From Candidatus Versatilivorator sp. (GTDB lineage Bacteria > Acidobacteriota > Terriglobia > Versatilivoradales > Versatilivoraceae), in the NCBI GenBank assembly GCA_965207735.1, contig OZ242296.1:2336001-2400000 (forward strand): DNA of 64,000 nucleotides, written 5' to 3'. Below the pieces are notes generated by a model. That model did no database searches. It was not told the origin of the DNA and worked only from the letters and a program-made list of their open reading frames with translations. The stretch's first letter is position 1, and the number at the start of each line of letters is the position of its first letter. Made by a program: the position numbers and the translations under genes. This document shows, one piece after another, positions 18,104 through 28,832 of the stretch.

Positions 18104-18227
18104 CGTTTCGGGAGCAGATGGCATGGTAGGGTACGGGGGCGCTCGGCAGTTCTGGAGGGGCACTGCGTTTCGGAAGGGTGCACCGAAATCGCCGCCTACG
18201 CGGCTGTGGGAGTGCACAATTCAGACC

Positions 18228-19009
18228 CCCATGGGCTGACGCCCACGGCTACCTGCTGCCGCGGCTACGCCGCTCTATAGGGATGGCCCGTAGGGAACGT
18301 TTCCTAAGACGACCCTCGCCAACCGCGGCTTCACCGCTCTCCCCGAACTCTCGACACTGCAAGGGGAAACGTGCTTTTCTTATTGGGAGAATGCCCTGAA
18401 CGACAGTCCAGAGATTCCAGTCGAGCCGCGAACGCGGCGCCAGCAAACCCCGGTGAGCCCACGTGAAGCACAGGGCAACGCAATGGCGTTTCTCACCTGC
18501 AATAACGCATCTTGAGCCGGCCTCCCTCAGAGCCGCGTAGCGGCGCCAGCAGGTAGCCGTGGGCGTCAGCCCATGGGAAACGCGCATCGGAAACGTAACG
18601 TACGGGAGTCGAGCCGCGAACGCGGCGCCAGCAAATGCCGGTGAGCCCACGTGAAGCACGGGCAACGCAATGGCGTTTCTCACCTGCAAAAAACGCATCT
18701 TCAGCCGGCTTCCCTTAGAGCCGCGTAGCGGCGCCAGCAGGTAGCCGTGGGCGTCAGCCCATGGGAAACGCGCATGGGAAACGTAACGTATCGGAGTCGA
18801 GCCGCGAATGCGGCGCCAGCAAATGCCGGTGAGCCCAAGTGAAGCGCAGGGCAACGCAACAGCGTTTCTCACCTGCGAAAACGCATCTTCAGCCGGCTTC
18901 CCCGAGAGCCGCGTAGCGGCGCCAGCACTTAGCCGTGGGCGTCAGCCCATGGGAAACGTGCATCGGAAACGTAACCGATTGGAGTCGAGCCGCGAATGCG
19001 GCGCCAGCA
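18228..19009. repeat. REP/BIME-like array: one inverted REP (18228-18276), three 188-bp tandem units and a partial fourth
   Basis: Unit starts AGTCGAGCCGCGAA at 18419, 18607, 18795 and 18983; each full unit carries TAGCCGTGGGCGTCAGCCCATGG. Confidence 0.92.
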
Positions 19010-19034
19010 GGGCGCACGCTTCCCAAACCCGCTA

Positions 19035-20714
19035 ATGTCCGTCACTCGAAAGTCCACGCTACTGCTGACCCTGCCCGTTTTCGGCCTGCTGTTGTGGCTG
19101 GTGCTCTATCCCAACCTGTTTGTCCTGTGGAAGAGCCTGGTCAGCGACAGTCGGTTCACGCTGGCCCACTACGCAGAATTTTTCCGCAGCGCCTCCCAGT
19201 TGGAGGCCCTGGGCAACAGCCTGCTCATCTCGTTGGGGAGCGTGCTGCTGTCGGCCCTCATCGGCATCCCGCTGGCTTTCGTCTTCCACCGCTTCGATTT
19301 TCCCGGCCGGCGGATCTTTGCCGCCCTGGCCTCGCTGCCGGTGTTGTTGCCACCCTTGGTGGGGGTGATCGCCTTCCTTTTTCTCTTTGGCGAGAGCGGC
19401 ATTCTGACCCGCACCCTCCAGATACTGCTGGGCCTGTCCGAACCACCCTTTTCCATGAGGGGCATCCCCGCCATCCTGTGGGTTCATGCCTACACCATGT
19501 ACGTCTACTTCTACCTGTTCGTCTCGGCCGCGCTCAAGCGCCTGGATGAATCGCTGCTGGAGGCCTCGCTTTCCCTGGGAGCCTCGAGAACGAGGACGTT
19601 TCTGCGGGTGACGCTGCCGGTCCTCACCCCCGCCATGGTGGGGGCGGCCTTGTTGACCTTCATGACCTCCATGGCCAGCTTCAGCGCTCCCTACATCTTC
19701 GGTGGGGGGGTAAGGGTCCTGTCGCTTCAGATCTACAATTCCAAGCTGAACGGCGACCTGGAGATGGCCCTGGTGGAAACGGTGATACTGACGCTGGTCT
19801 CCCTGCTGTTCCTGATCCTGTTGCAGCGATACGAAGCCACCGGCAAGTATCGCGCGGTGGGCAAGGGCGCCAGCCCCAGCCTGCGACCTCTCCAGGGCAG
19901 AGGACTGAGGCTGGCCATGGCGGTGCTGGGCATTTCCGCGGTCCTCTTTCTGCTGCTGCCCCATCTCACGCTGGTGTTGATCAGCTTCAGCCAGGACGGC
20001 ACCTGGACCACCGAAATCCTGCCTCCCCGATACACCGCCGCCAACTACCAGCGGCTGCTGGCCGACGACCGTTTTCTGGAACCGATTCTCAACAGCCTCA
20101 AGATGGCCACTCTGGCCACGGCGGCCAACCTGGCCTTCGCGCTGGCCGCGGGCTGGCTGCTGATTCAAAGGAAGCTCCGGGGGCGGCGGTTGCTGAGCGC
20201 CCTGACGCTGCTGCCCTGGGCCCTGCCGGGCACGGTGGTGGCCCTGAACCTGGCCACCACCTTCAGCACCTCCGACCCGCTCCAGGCCCGGGTCCTGCTG
20301 GTGGGCACCTTTTGGATCTTGCCTCTGGCCTATTTCATCCGTAATATCCCCCTGGTGGTTCGCGCCGTGCAGGCCGGCTTCGAGCAACTCGACCCCAACC
20401 TTCACTGGGCGGCCCGGTCGTTGGGAGCCTCCTGGTTCTACGGTTTGCGCCGGGTCCTGCTGCCCCTGCTGCTGCCGGCGGCAGCGGCCGGATCGATGCT
20501 GGCATTCGTGACCGCCCTGGGCGAGTTCGTCTCCTCGATCGTCATCTACACCGTGGACAGCCGGCCGATCTCGGTCGAAATCCTGGCCCAACTGAGACAG
20601 TTCAACTTCGGCAGCGCCGCCGCCTACGGTGTGCTCCTGGTCCTGATGATCGCGGCGGTCTTTCTCCTGTTCGGGCGCACCCTGGACGAACGTCACCGGC
20701 CCGCCGGACAGTAA
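19035..20714 (+). CDS. ABC transporter permease (FbpB-type, two BPD_transp domains)
   Basis: EAA-like loops LLEASLSLGAS.RTFLRVTLP and AARSLGASWFYGLRRVLLP; about 12 TM segments. Confidence 0.92.
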   Translation: MSVTRKSTLLLTLPVFGLLLWLVLYPNLFVLWKSLVSDSRFTLAHYAEFFRSASQLEALGNSLLISLGSVLLSALIGIPLAFVFHRFDFPGRRIFAALASLPVLLPPLVGVIAFLFLFGESGILTRTLQILLGLSEPPFSMRGIPAILWVHAYTMYVYFYLFVSAALKRLDESLLEASLSLGASRTRTFLRVTLPVLTPAMVGAALLTFMTSMASFSAPYIFGGGVRVLSLQIYNSKLNGDLEMALVETVILTLVSLLFLILLQRYEATGKYRAVGKGASPSLRPLQGRGLRLAMAVLGISAVLFLLLPHLTLVLISFSQDGTWTTEILPPRYTAANYQRLLADDRFLEPILNSLKMATLATAANLAFALAAGWLLIQRKLRGRRLLSALTLLPWALPGTVVALNLATTFSTSDPLQARVLLVGTFWILPLAYFIRNIPLVVRAVQAGFEQLDPNLHWAARSLGASWFYGLRRVLLPLLLPAAAAGSMLAFVTALGEFVSSIVIYTVDSRPISVEILAQLRQFNFGSAAAYGVLLVLMIAAVFLLFGRTLDERHRPAGQ

Positions 20715-20740
20715 GCGACATTTTTCAGCGGAGCCCGATC

Positions 20741-23410
20741 ATGGCGCAAAATCTTTCCCATCCCATCCGTGCCCGCTTTCAATGGCGCCGGCTGCTTACG
20801 GTGCTCCTGGCCGGGCTTGCCCTCCTGCCCCGGGGCTACGGACAGAGCCAGGAGCTCTACCTGGACCGCGGGGCGGTGGGGCTGTCCCAGTCCCTGAAGC
20901 GGCTGCCCCTGATCTCGCGGGTCCTTTTCGTCACCGCCCATCCCGACGACGAGCCGGCCGGGCTGGTGACCTACGTCAGCCGGGGACTGGGCGCCAGGAC
21001 CGCCATCCTGAGTCTGACCCGGGGCGAGGGAGGCCAGAACCTGGTGGGCCCGGACCTGTTCGAGGCCCTGGGCCTGGTCCGGACCGGGGAGATGCTGGCG
21101 GCCAACGAGTTCTACGGCGCCGGCCAGTTCTTCAGCCGGGCCTTCGATTTCGGGTTCTCGAAGAGCGCTGAAGAGACGCTGGACAAGTGGGGGCGCCAAC
21201 GCATCCTGGAGGACCTGGTCCGCGCCATCCGTTCCTTTCGCCCGCTGGTCATCCTTTCGGTCTTCGATGGAACGCCCGCCGACGGGCACGGCCACCACCA
21301 GGCCTGCGGACTGCTGGCCCGGGAGGCCTTTGAAATTTCCGGCCATCCCGACCGCTTTCCGGAGCTCACCCGCCAGGGCCTGCCCCCCTGGAAAGCCGGC
21401 CGCCTCTACTTGAGGAACAGGGGAGAAGACCCTCCGGGAAGCTTCTCCATCGACACGGGGGCCTACGATCCCTGGCTGGGCGCCTCCTTCCGCCAGGTCG
21501 GGGCGCGAGGCTACAGCCGCCACCGCTCCCAGGGCATGGGAAGGGCCCACGCGTTTCCGGGCAGCCACCCGGTGAAGCTCCGTCTGGGCGGGACCTCGCC
21601 CTCTTCCCCTTTCTCCGGTTCTTCCGAGACCTCCTTTGAGGAAGCTCTGGAACTCGAGCTGCCCGCGTTGGCCCAACCGTGGCCCGGCGGCTCGGCGGAG
21701 CGAGGCCGCCTGGGGCAGGCGCTGCAGAGACTGGCCCGAACCATCGAAACCGCCCGGAGCCTCTTTTCCCCATCGGACCCCTCGGGCTGCATGCCGGCGC
21801 TGATCCAGGGGTTGAAGCAGTTGCGGGCGATCCGGAGGGACTGGACCGGCTCCGGGGAGGCGTCTTCTGCCTCCGAGGTTCTGGCTTTCTTCCTGAAAGA
21901 CAAGGAACGGGATTTTCTGGAGGCTTTCCAGCGCGCCAGCGGCCTCTCTCTGGGAGCCTACAGCGACCGGCTCCTGCTGACGCCGGGACAGTCTTTCCGA
22001 ATCTCCGTCAAGGTGGTCAATCGGTCCAGGGTGCCCCTCGGGCTTCAATCCCTGCAAGTCGAGAGCGCGGTCCTGCGGACCCATCCCCACCGGGATTCCC
22101 TGCCCCTGCTGAAGGCCGGCCAAGGGGTGGACCTCGAGATTGCGGCGGAAGTCCCCCCGGAAGTCGAGTCCGGCCGCCCCCAGCGGCGGCGTCCGGGAGG
22201 GGTGGAGGATTTCTACATTATCGACGACCCGGGGCTGACCCTGGCCCCGGCGGCGGCGCCGCTGGCCAAGGTGCGACTCGGCTATGTCTACGAGGAAGAA
22301 CTTCTGGAGATCGAGCAGCCGGTGGAGTACCTGGATGTGGACCGCCTCAAGGGGACCCGGCGTGTCCCCATCCACCTGGTCCCCCCGATCCGGCTGGAGG
22401 TGACGCCGCCGCTTCACCTGGTCCCCATGGCAAGGGCCGGGGACGCGCGAACCATTCAGCTCCGGATCCGCAACAACTCCCCGAACGAGCTTCAGGGGCG
22501 ATTGGAGCTGAAGCCTCCGAAGGGATGGAAGGTCGAGCCGGCCCAAGCCCCCTTCGCTTTGGCCGGGCCGGGACAGGCAGTGGGGATCCCCTTTCGGGTA
22601 TCGGCCGACTCCGGAACCCTGAGGCCCGGCAGAGCCTCCTTCCGGGCGGTAGCCAACCTGGGCGGAAAACAGGTCGATCGACAGTACCGAATGATCTCGG
22701 TTTTCGACCGCTGGAACACTCCGCTCTACTCCGCCGCCCGATCCCAGGTGGAAGTCCTGGACCTGCGGATCCCCCCCGGGCTGAGAGTCGGCTACATCAT
22801 GGGCGCCGGCGACCGGGTTTCCGAAACCCTGGCGCAGTTGGGTTTTTCGGTCACGGTACTGGGGCCCGAGGATCTGGCCGCGGGCGAACTGGGCGACTAC
22901 GATTGCATCATTGCCGGCATCCGCGCCTACCAGGTGCGCGGCGACCTGATCGAGCACAACGCCCGGCTGCTGGACTATGTGCGCGATGGAGGCGTCTTCA
23001 TGGTTCAATACAACACCCCGGATGCCTGGAACCGCCGCCAATACGCCCCCTTCCCCGCCCGGATCGTGGATCGCAGCCACCGGGTCACGGACGAGAACGC
23101 GCCGGTCGCCCTGCTGCAACCGGAGCACCGGGTCTTCCACTATCCCAACCCGATCACCCAAAACGATTTTGCCGGCTGGGTACAGGAACGGGGGCTCTAC
23201 TTCATCCAGGACAGGGACGGGCGGTTCCAAGCCCTGCTGGCCTCCCACGATCCCGGGGAGCCGCCCCTGGACGGAGGGCTGCTGGTGGCGGACTACGGCA
23301 AGGGCCACTACGTGCTCACCGCCTACTCCTGGTTCAGACAGCTCCCGGCCGGAGTGGGCGGCGCCATCCGGCTCTTCACCAACCTGGTGAGCCTGGGGGC
23401 GGATTCATGA
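20741..23410 (+). CDS. Secreted PIG-L/LmbE-family deacetylase with NEW3-like and C-terminal GATase-like domains
   Basis: TAHPDDE, LTRGEGGQN, DFGFSKS, GHGHHQA, HRSQGMG, WVQERGLYF, FRQLPAGV.GA.RL. Confidence 0.88.
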   Translation: MAQNLSHPIRARFQWRRLLTVLLAGLALLPRGYGQSQELYLDRGAVGLSQSLKRLPLISRVLFVTAHPDDEPAGLVTYVSRGLGARTAILSLTRGEGGQNLVGPDLFEALGLVRTGEMLAANEFYGAGQFFSRAFDFGFSKSAEETLDKWGRQRILEDLVRAIRSFRPLVILSVFDGTPADGHGHHQACGLLAREAFEISGHPDRFPELTRQGLPPWKAGRLYLRNRGEDPPGSFSIDTGAYDPWLGASFRQVGARGYSRHRSQGMGRAHAFPGSHPVKLRLGGTSPSSPFSGSSETSFEEALELELPALAQPWPGGSAERGRLGQALQRLARTIETARSLFSPSDPSGCMPALIQGLKQLRAIRRDWTGSGEASSASEVLAFFLKDKERDFLEAFQRASGLSLGAYSDRLLLTPGQSFRISVKVVNRSRVPLGLQSLQVESAVLRTHPHRDSLPLLKAGQGVDLEIAAEVPPEVESGRPQRRRPGGVEDFYIIDDPGLTLAPAAAPLAKVRLGYVYEEELLEIEQPVEYLDVDRLKGTRRVPIHLVPPIRLEVTPPLHLVPMARAGDARTIQLRIRNNSPNELQGRLELKPPKGWKVEPAQAPFALAGPGQAVGIPFRVSADSGTLRPGRASFRAVANLGGKQVDRQYRMISVFDRWNTPLYSAARSQVEVLDLRIPPGLRVGYIMGAGDRVSETLAQLGFSVTVLGPEDLAAGELGDYDCIIAGIRAYQVRGDLIEHNARLLDYVRDGGVFMVQYNTPDAWNRRQYAPFPARIVDRSHRVTDENAPVALLQPEHRVFHYPNPITQNDFAGWVQERGLYFIQDRDGRFQALLASHDPGEPPLDGGLLVADYGKGHYVLTAYSWFRQLPAGVGGAIRLFTNLVSLGADS

Positions 23411-24180
23411 AGATTGCGCTCATCGGTTATGGCAAAATGGGCAAAGCGGTCGAGCAGGCGGCCCTGGAGCGGGGCCATGAGATCGTGGCCCGGCTGGGAT
23501 CCGCCTGGGGCCGGGAGACTGCCTCCGGGAAAGAGGAGCCGGAACTCACCCACGCCCAGGTGTGCGTCGAATTCAGCCGACCGGCGGCGGCTCTGCCCAA
23601 CCTGCGGCGCATCGCCGAACTGGGCAAGCCGCTGGTGGTGGGCACCACCGGGTGGTATGGGGACCTGCCGCCGGCCAGAAGAGCGGTGGAGGAAAAGGGG
23701 ACGGCCTGCGTCTATGCCCCCAACTTCTCTCTGGGCCTCAATCTCTACCTCCAGGTGGTCGAAAGAGCCGCCCGCCTGTTCGGTTCCTTCCAGGACTACG
23801 ACGTTCTGGCCATGGAGACCCACCACCGCCAGAAGATCGACAGCCCCAGCGGAACCGCCGGCAGAATCGGCGAGATCCTGCTGGAGCAGATCCCCCGAAA
23901 GCGAAGGATCGTCACCGAGTCCCTCGATCGTCCCATCGCCCCCGATGAGCTTCACCTGCTGGCGGGCCGGGCCGGACACTTTCCGGGCACTCACTCGGTG
24001 ATCTTCGACTCCCCCGCCGACAGCGTGGAGCTGGTGCACCGTGCCCGCTCCCGCCTGGGGTTCGCCTTGGGGGCCGTGCTGGCGGCCGAATGGATCCCTG
24101 GGCGCCGGGGGTTCTACTCCTTCAGCCGGATGCTGCAGGAAATACTGGACGGCCAGGGATCAGCGGACGGAGAACCATGA
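23407..24180 (+). CDS. dapB: 4-hydroxy-tetrahydrodipicolinate reductase
   Basis: IGYGKMG, VVGTTGW, PNFSLG, ETHHRQKIDSPSGTA; ATG at 23407. Confidence 0.95.
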   Translation: MKIALIGYGKMGKAVEQAALERGHEIVARLGSAWGRETASGKEEPELTHAQVCVEFSRPAAALPNLRRIAELGKPLVVGTTGWYGDLPPARRAVEEKGTACVYAPNFSLGLNLYLQVVERAARLFGSFQDYDVLAMETHHRQKIDSPSGTAGRIGEILLEQIPRKRRIVTESLDRPIAPDELHLLAGRAGHFPGTHSVIFDSPADSVELVHRARSRLGFALGAVLAAEWIPGRRGFYSFSRMLQEILDGQGSADGEP

Positions 24181-25067
24181 CCCAATCCCCACAATTCCGC
24201 GGCGCCATCACCGCCCTGGTGACTCCCTTCGACCGCTCGGGCCGGATTCACCAGGACCACCTGAGAAAGATCATCGACCTGCAGGTCGCGGCCGGCGTGG
24301 ACGGCCTGGCGCCCTGCGGCACCACCGGAGAGGCTCCCACCCTGGAGCCGGCCGAGCACCTGCGGGTCTGTGAGCTGACGGTCCGATACGCGGACGGGAG
24401 AGCCAAGGTCCTCGTCGGCGGCGGAGGCAACAGCACCCGGCATGCCATCGAGCTCACCCGGGCGGCCGGGAAGATGGGCGCCGACGGTGTGCTCTCGGTG
24501 GGCCCCTACTACAACAAGCCCTCTCAAGAAGGTCATTTCCAGCACTACAAGGCCATCGCCGAATCGGCCGAGGTGCCCATCGTCATCTACAACATCCCCG
24601 GTCGCACCGGTGTGAACATGCTGCCCGAAACCCTGCTGAGGCTGGCCGAGATACCCAACATCGCCGGTGTCAAGGAGGCCTCGGGAGATCTGGACCAGAT
24701 GATGGAGATCCTCCGGAACCGACCCGCCGGCTTCAGCGTTCTCTCCGGAGACGACTCCTTCGCCATCCCGCTGATGGCCATGGGAGGAGACGGCTGCATC
24801 TCGGTAGTGGCCAACCAAGTCCCGGATCTGTTTGCCCGGATGATTCACCTGGCCCTGGAGGACGACTGGAAGCAGGCCCGGGAACAGCACTACCGCCTGT
24901 ACGAGCTCATGCAGGCCAATTTTCTGGAAACCAATCCGGTGCCGGTGAAGGCGGCCATGTCCATGATGGGATTGATCGAAGAGGTCTACCGACTGCCCCT
25001 GGTCCCCATGCAGCCCGAGAACCGGCGGCGGCTGGAAGGCGTTCTCAAGAGGATGGACCTGATTTGA
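24177..25067 (+). CDS. dapA: 4-hydroxy-tetrahydrodipicolinate synthase
   Basis: TALVTPF, CGTTGE, PYYNKPSQEG, YNIPGRTG, GVKEASG, ETNPVPVK. Confidence 0.96.
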   Translation: MTQSPQFRGAITALVTPFDRSGRIHQDHLRKIIDLQVAAGVDGLAPCGTTGEAPTLEPAEHLRVCELTVRYADGRAKVLVGGGGNSTRHAIELTRAAGKMGADGVLSVGPYYNKPSQEGHFQHYKAIAESAEVPIVIYNIPGRTGVNMLPETLLRLAEIPNIAGVKEASGDLDQMMEILRNRPAGFSVLSGDDSFAIPLMAMGGDGCISVVANQVPDLFARMIHLALEDDWKQAREQHYRLYELMQANFLETNPVPVKAAMSMMGLIEEVYRLPLVPMQPENRRRLEGVLKRMDLI

Positions 25068-25069
25068 AG

Positions 25070-25106
25070 GTTGATTGTGGATTTGTGATTGTTGATTGCT
25101 GATTGG
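25070..25106. repeat. Solo heptamer arm (GTTGATT type) immediately after the dapA stop
   Basis: GTTGATTGTGGATTTGTGATTGTTGATTGCTGATTGG, the reverse complement of the CAATCAACAAT arms. Confidence 0.7.
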
Positions 25107-25158
25107 GAGCTCAGGCCCACTGATCTCAACGGCTGGCAGTCACCTCCCACTGGAAACC

Positions 25159-26001
25159 ATGACCCCTGCTGAACTGGAAAGACTGATCCCCCGGCATTTT
25201 GCCAGGTCGGCCCAGGAGCTGGACGCCGAATCCCGCTCTCTGTTCGAGGCTTTCATCCGGAGCCTGGACCGCGGAGACATCCGGGCGGCCGAGAAGAGAG
25301 AGGGGCGCTGGCAAGTCAACCACTGGGTGAAACAGGGCATCCTGCTGGGATTCAGGCTGGGATCGGTGGCGGATTTCTCGGTCGATGAAAACTTCCAGTA
25401 CAGCGACAAGGACACCTACCCCCTCAAGGACCTGAGGACCTCTCCCCCCGGCATTCGCCTGGTGCCCGGCGGCTCTTCGGTTCGCCGAGGCGCATACTTG
25501 GGCCCTCGGGTCACCCTGATGCCGCCGATGTATGTCAACGTGGGGGCCTGGGTGGGCGAGGGGACCATGGTCGATTCCCACGCGCTGGTGGGCTCCTGCG
25601 CCCAGATAGGCCGGCGAGTCCACCTGAGCGCCGGCAGCCAGGTCGGAGGGGTGCTGGAACCCGTGGGCGCCCTTCCGGTCATCGTCGAGGACGACGTCCT
25701 GGTCGGGGGCAACTGCGGCATCTACGAGGGAACCATCGTCGGAAGCCGCGCCGTCCTGGGGGCCGGCACCATCCTGACGGGCTCCACGCCGGTCTACGAC
25801 CTGGTGGCCGAGCGCATCTACCGCAGGTCGGCCCGGACGCCTCTCACCATTCCCGAGAATGCCGTGGTGGTTCCGGGCAGCCGTCCGACCAGGGGGGACT
25901 TTGCCACCCGGCACGGCCTGCATGTCGACTGTCCCGTCATTATCAAGTACCGCGACAGCGGAACCGACGCGGCCACGGCCCTGGAAGAGTTATTGAGATG
26001 A
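25159..26001 (+). CDS. dapD: Tetrahydrodipicolinate N-succinyltransferase
   Basis: [43 protein letters not shown]. Confidence 0.94.
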   Translation: MTPAELERLIPRHFARSAQELDAESRSLFEAFIRSLDRGDIRAAEKREGRWQVNHWVKQGILLGFRLGSVADFSVDENFQYSDKDTYPLKDLRTSPPGIRLVPGGSSVRRGAYLGPRVTLMPPMYVNVGAWVGEGTMVDSHALVGSCAQIGRRVHLSAGSQVGGVLEPVGALPVIVEDDVLVGGNCGIYEGTIVGSRAVLGAGTILTGSTPVYDLVAERIYRRSARTPLTIPENAVVVPGSRPTRGDFATRHGLHVDCPVIIKYRDSGTDAATALEELLR

Positions 26002-27656
26002 GGGCCGCCCCCCGATCCCCTTCTAGCGTCAGGGTTGCATTGCCGTCCCGCTCCGGGACAGCGAAACCGGGCCGCCGCCGGGCCGGGGCGGTGCTGCTTC
26101 TGCTTCCGATCTGCCTGGCTCTCCAGCCGGCTCTCGGCCAGGAAACCGAAAACTCCTTTCAGAAACAGATCGAGGCGCTCCTCGAGCGGCCACAGCACCG
26201 CTCGGCCTTCTGGGGCCTTCAGATCGTCCGGCTCGACAACCGGGAAATCCTCTTCACGCACAATGCCGGCAAGCGCTTCCAGCCGGCATCCAATATGAAG
26301 CTGCTGGTTGCGGCCGCGGCCCTGGACCTGTGGGGCCCGGACCACCGTTTCCGCACTCCTGTCTTTCTGGAGGGACGCCTGGACAACCAGGGACGAGTGA
26401 TCGGCAACCTGGTGCTGGCGGGTCGGGGGGACCCCAACCCGGAGCGCCGCCTCTATGACCCGGAAGAGAAAGACCTCCCGATCCAGGGCTCGTCCCCCTT
26501 CATCGAAGGGATCGCCGATCAACTGGAGGAACGGGGAATTCGGCGGGTCGAGGGAGACATCGTGGCCGACACCACCCTCTTCCTGGATGAGCCCTACGGG
26601 GGCGACTGGGAGCAGGAGGACCTGTTCTGGCACTACGGGGCGCCATGCAGCGCCCTGGCCGTCTTCGAGAACGTCTACAAGGTTACACTCTCGCCCGGCA
26701 AGGGCCGCGGGGAGCCGGCGCTGCTGGAGGTGGCTCCCCCTCAGGCGACCCCGGAGGTCATCAGCCGGGTCTCGACCGGGCCGCCGGGGGGAAGACCCGA
26801 TATCCGGATTGGAGCCGACCGATCGGGCTCCCGCGTCACCCTGCTGGGGCGCCTGCCTCTGAACCGGCCGGCCCTGACCTACGCGCTGGCTGTTTCGGAT
26901 CCGGCCCTGAACGCCGCCCGCTACCTGAAGTCCTCCCTGGAGCGGCGGGGCATTGAGGTCAGCGGCCAACCCCGGGTCAGAGTCTTGGAGCCGATCGAAG
27001 TCATCGAGAACCGGAAAATTTCCCTGGCGAAGGCCCGGGAGAAACAATTCCTCTACCGGGAACAGCAGGAGCTGGCGAACTGGCAGTCCCTGCCGCTGAT
27101 CGACAACCTCAGGATATTGATCAAGAGCAGCCGCAACCTCTATGGCGAGATGCTGCTCCGCGGCTTGGGAGCGGAAGTCTCGGGCCTCGGCTCCCTGGAG
27201 ACTGGCCGGCAGGCCCTGGAAGCCTTTCTGGAAAGAGCCGGCATCGGCGCCGAGCCGCTCGACTTCAGCGACGGTTCCGGACTGTCCCGCACCAACCTGC
27301 TGACTCCCGAGTCGGTGGTTCGGCTGTTGCAATACATGGAGCGGCACCCGCGGGCCGAGGAGTTTCGGGATTGCCTGCCGGTTGCCGGACGGGACGGAAC
27401 CTTGAAGAACCGCATGAAGGGCACCGCCGCCCAAGGCCGGGTGCTGGCCAAGACCGGCACCCTGAAATTCGTGTCCTCCCTCTCGGGATACGCCACCAAC
27501 CGGGACGGCACCCGAATGGCGTTTTCCATCATGGCCAACAACACTCGGGGCTCGCCGCGGCAGGCGCGCCGGGCGATCGACGCCATCTGCGCGCTCATGG
27601 CCGGATCTTCGTGGAACGAGCCGACGGCGTTCGGCCAGCCGCAGGAGCGGCCCTGA
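25998..27656 (+). CDS. dacB: D-alanyl-D-alanine carboxypeptidase/endopeptidase (PBP4, peptidase S13)
   Basis: PASNMK (SxxK), SRN (SxN), DGSGLSR.N, AKTGTL. Confidence 0.93.
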   Translation: MRAAPRSPSSVRVALPSRSGTAKPGRRRAGAVLLLLPICLALQPALGQETENSFQKQIEALLERPQHRSAFWGLQIVRLDNREILFTHNAGKRFQPASNMKLLVAAAALDLWGPDHRFRTPVFLEGRLDNQGRVIGNLVLAGRGDPNPERRLYDPEEKDLPIQGSSPFIEGIADQLEERGIRRVEGDIVADTTLFLDEPYGGDWEQEDLFWHYGAPCSALAVFENVYKVTLSPGKGRGEPALLEVAPPQATPEVISRVSTGPPGGRPDIRIGADRSGSRVTLLGRLPLNRPALTYALAVSDPALNAARYLKSSLERRGIEVSGQPRVRVLEPIEVIENRKISLAKAREKQFLYREQQELANWQSLPLIDNLRILIKSSRNLYGEMLLRGLGAEVSGLGSLETGRQALEAFLERAGIGAEPLDFSDGSGLSRTNLLTPESVVRLLQYMERHPRAEEFRDCLPVAGRDGTLKNRMKGTAAQGRVLAKTGTLKFVSSLSGYATNRDGTRMAFSIMANNTRGSPRQARRAIDAICALMAGSSWNEPTAFGQPQERP

Positions 27657-27668
27657 CACGGATTTCTC

Positions 27669-28829
27669 ATGACCGATAGCGAACATCACGAGGACGATTC
27701 CCACACCGAGGCCCGGCTGCTGTTCGCGGCCAGCGAGCAGAATGCCGACCTGCTCTATGCCACCCGATTCTTCGCCCCCGATCCCTTTGCCTGTTTCCTG
27801 CACGGCGGCCGCTCCCACGTGGTGATGAACGACCTGGAGATCGATCGAGCCCGCCGCCAGGCCCGGGTGGACGAAGTGATTTCGTTGTCCGCGCTGCAGG
27901 CCGAACTCCGCGGGGAAGGTCGGCGTGCGATCACGACGGCGGCAGTGCTGCACCGGCTGCTGACCGGCAGGGGAGTGCGCACCCTGCTGGTTCCCTTCGA
28001 CTTCCCGGCGGGCCTGGCCTTTCAGTTGCGCCGCCGCGGATTGCCCGTCCGGGTCAAGGAGGGTCCCTTCTTCGACCAACGCCAGATCAAGGAAGCCCGG
28101 GAGGTCCGGCAGATCACCCGGGCGCAGCGCGCCGCCGAAGCCGGACTCCAGGCCGGCATCGATCTCATCCGGCAGGCCCGGATCACTTCCCGGGGAGGAC
28201 TGGAACAGGACGGGGCCGCCCTTACAGCCGATCGGGTGAAAGTGGCGATCAACACCGTGCTGCTGAAACTGGGGTTCGTGGCCACCCACACCATCGTGGC
28301 CGGCGGAACCCAGGGCTGCGATCCCCACAACGAGGGCCGCGGCCCCCTGCCGGCCCACCAGCCCATCATCCTGGATGTCTTCCCGCGCTCGCAGAAGGAC
28401 GGCTATTGGGGAGACATCACCAGAACCGTGGTCCGGGGCCGGGCCAGCGAAAAGATCCGGGCGCTCTACGGCTGTGTGGCCGAGGGTCAAACCCTGGCGC
28501 TCAGGCAGGCCCGGCCAGGCGCCGGCGGCCGGCAGATCCATCAGTCGGTCCGGGACTTCTTCGATTCGGAGGGCTTTCCGACCGGCCTGAAGCGGGGGCG
28601 GATGGAAGGGTTCTTTCACGGAACCGGCCACGGAGTCGGACTGGAGATCCATGAGCCTCCCCATATCGGCTCCAGGACGGAATCGATCCTGAGGGCGGGC
28701 CAGGTGGTCACCGTCGAGCCCGGCCTCTACTACCCCGGAGTCGGCGGCGTGCGCATCGAGGATCTGATCCTGATCACGCCCCGGGGCCACCGCAACCTCA
28801 CCCGGTTTCCCAAGGAGTTGGAGATATAG
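27669..28829 (+). CDS. Xaa-Pro aminopeptidase (M24 family)
   Basis: GYWGDITRT, HGTGHGVGLEIHE, TVEPGLY, GVRIED. Confidence 0.92.
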   Translation: MTDSEHHEDDSHTEARLLFAASEQNADLLYATRFFAPDPFACFLHGGRSHVVMNDLEIDRARRQARVDEVISLSALQAELRGEGRRAITTAAVLHRLLTGRGVRTLLVPFDFPAGLAFQLRRRGLPVRVKEGPFFDQRQIKEAREVRQITRAQRAAEAGLQAGIDLIRQARITSRGGLEQDGAALTADRVKVAINTVLLKLGFVATHTIVAGGTQGCDPHNEGRGPLPAHQPIILDVFPRSQKDGYWGDITRTVVRGRASEKIRALYGCVAEGQTLALRQARPGAGGRQIHQSVRDFFDSEGFPTGLKRGRMEGFFHGTGHGVGLEIHEPPHIGSRTESILRAGQVVTVEPGLYYPGVGGVRIEDLILITPRGHRNLTRFPKELEI

Positions 28830-28832
28830 GGG

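Noticed and set aside
18419-19009. CRISPR array
   Set aside because: Units are 188 bp with near-identical inter-repeat sequence, so there are no unique spacers, and no cas genes are present. It fits a REP/BIME array.
18077-19035. Small ORFs within repeat regions (e.g. 18249-18872, 55393-55985, 62472-63100, 49068-49307, 14017-14475)
   Set aside because: These are repeat-derived translations ([26 protein letters not shown]) rather than genes.
21679-23406. Long N-terminal extension on DapB (833-aa ORF)
   Set aside because: Alternative-frame overlap with the PIG-L gene. DapB homology begins at ATG 23407, which overlaps the upstream stop.
20741-23410. PIG-L protein as bacillithiol deacetylase BshB
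   Set aside because: It is a large secreted multidomain LmbE-type protein, whereas BshB enzymes are small and cytoplasmic.
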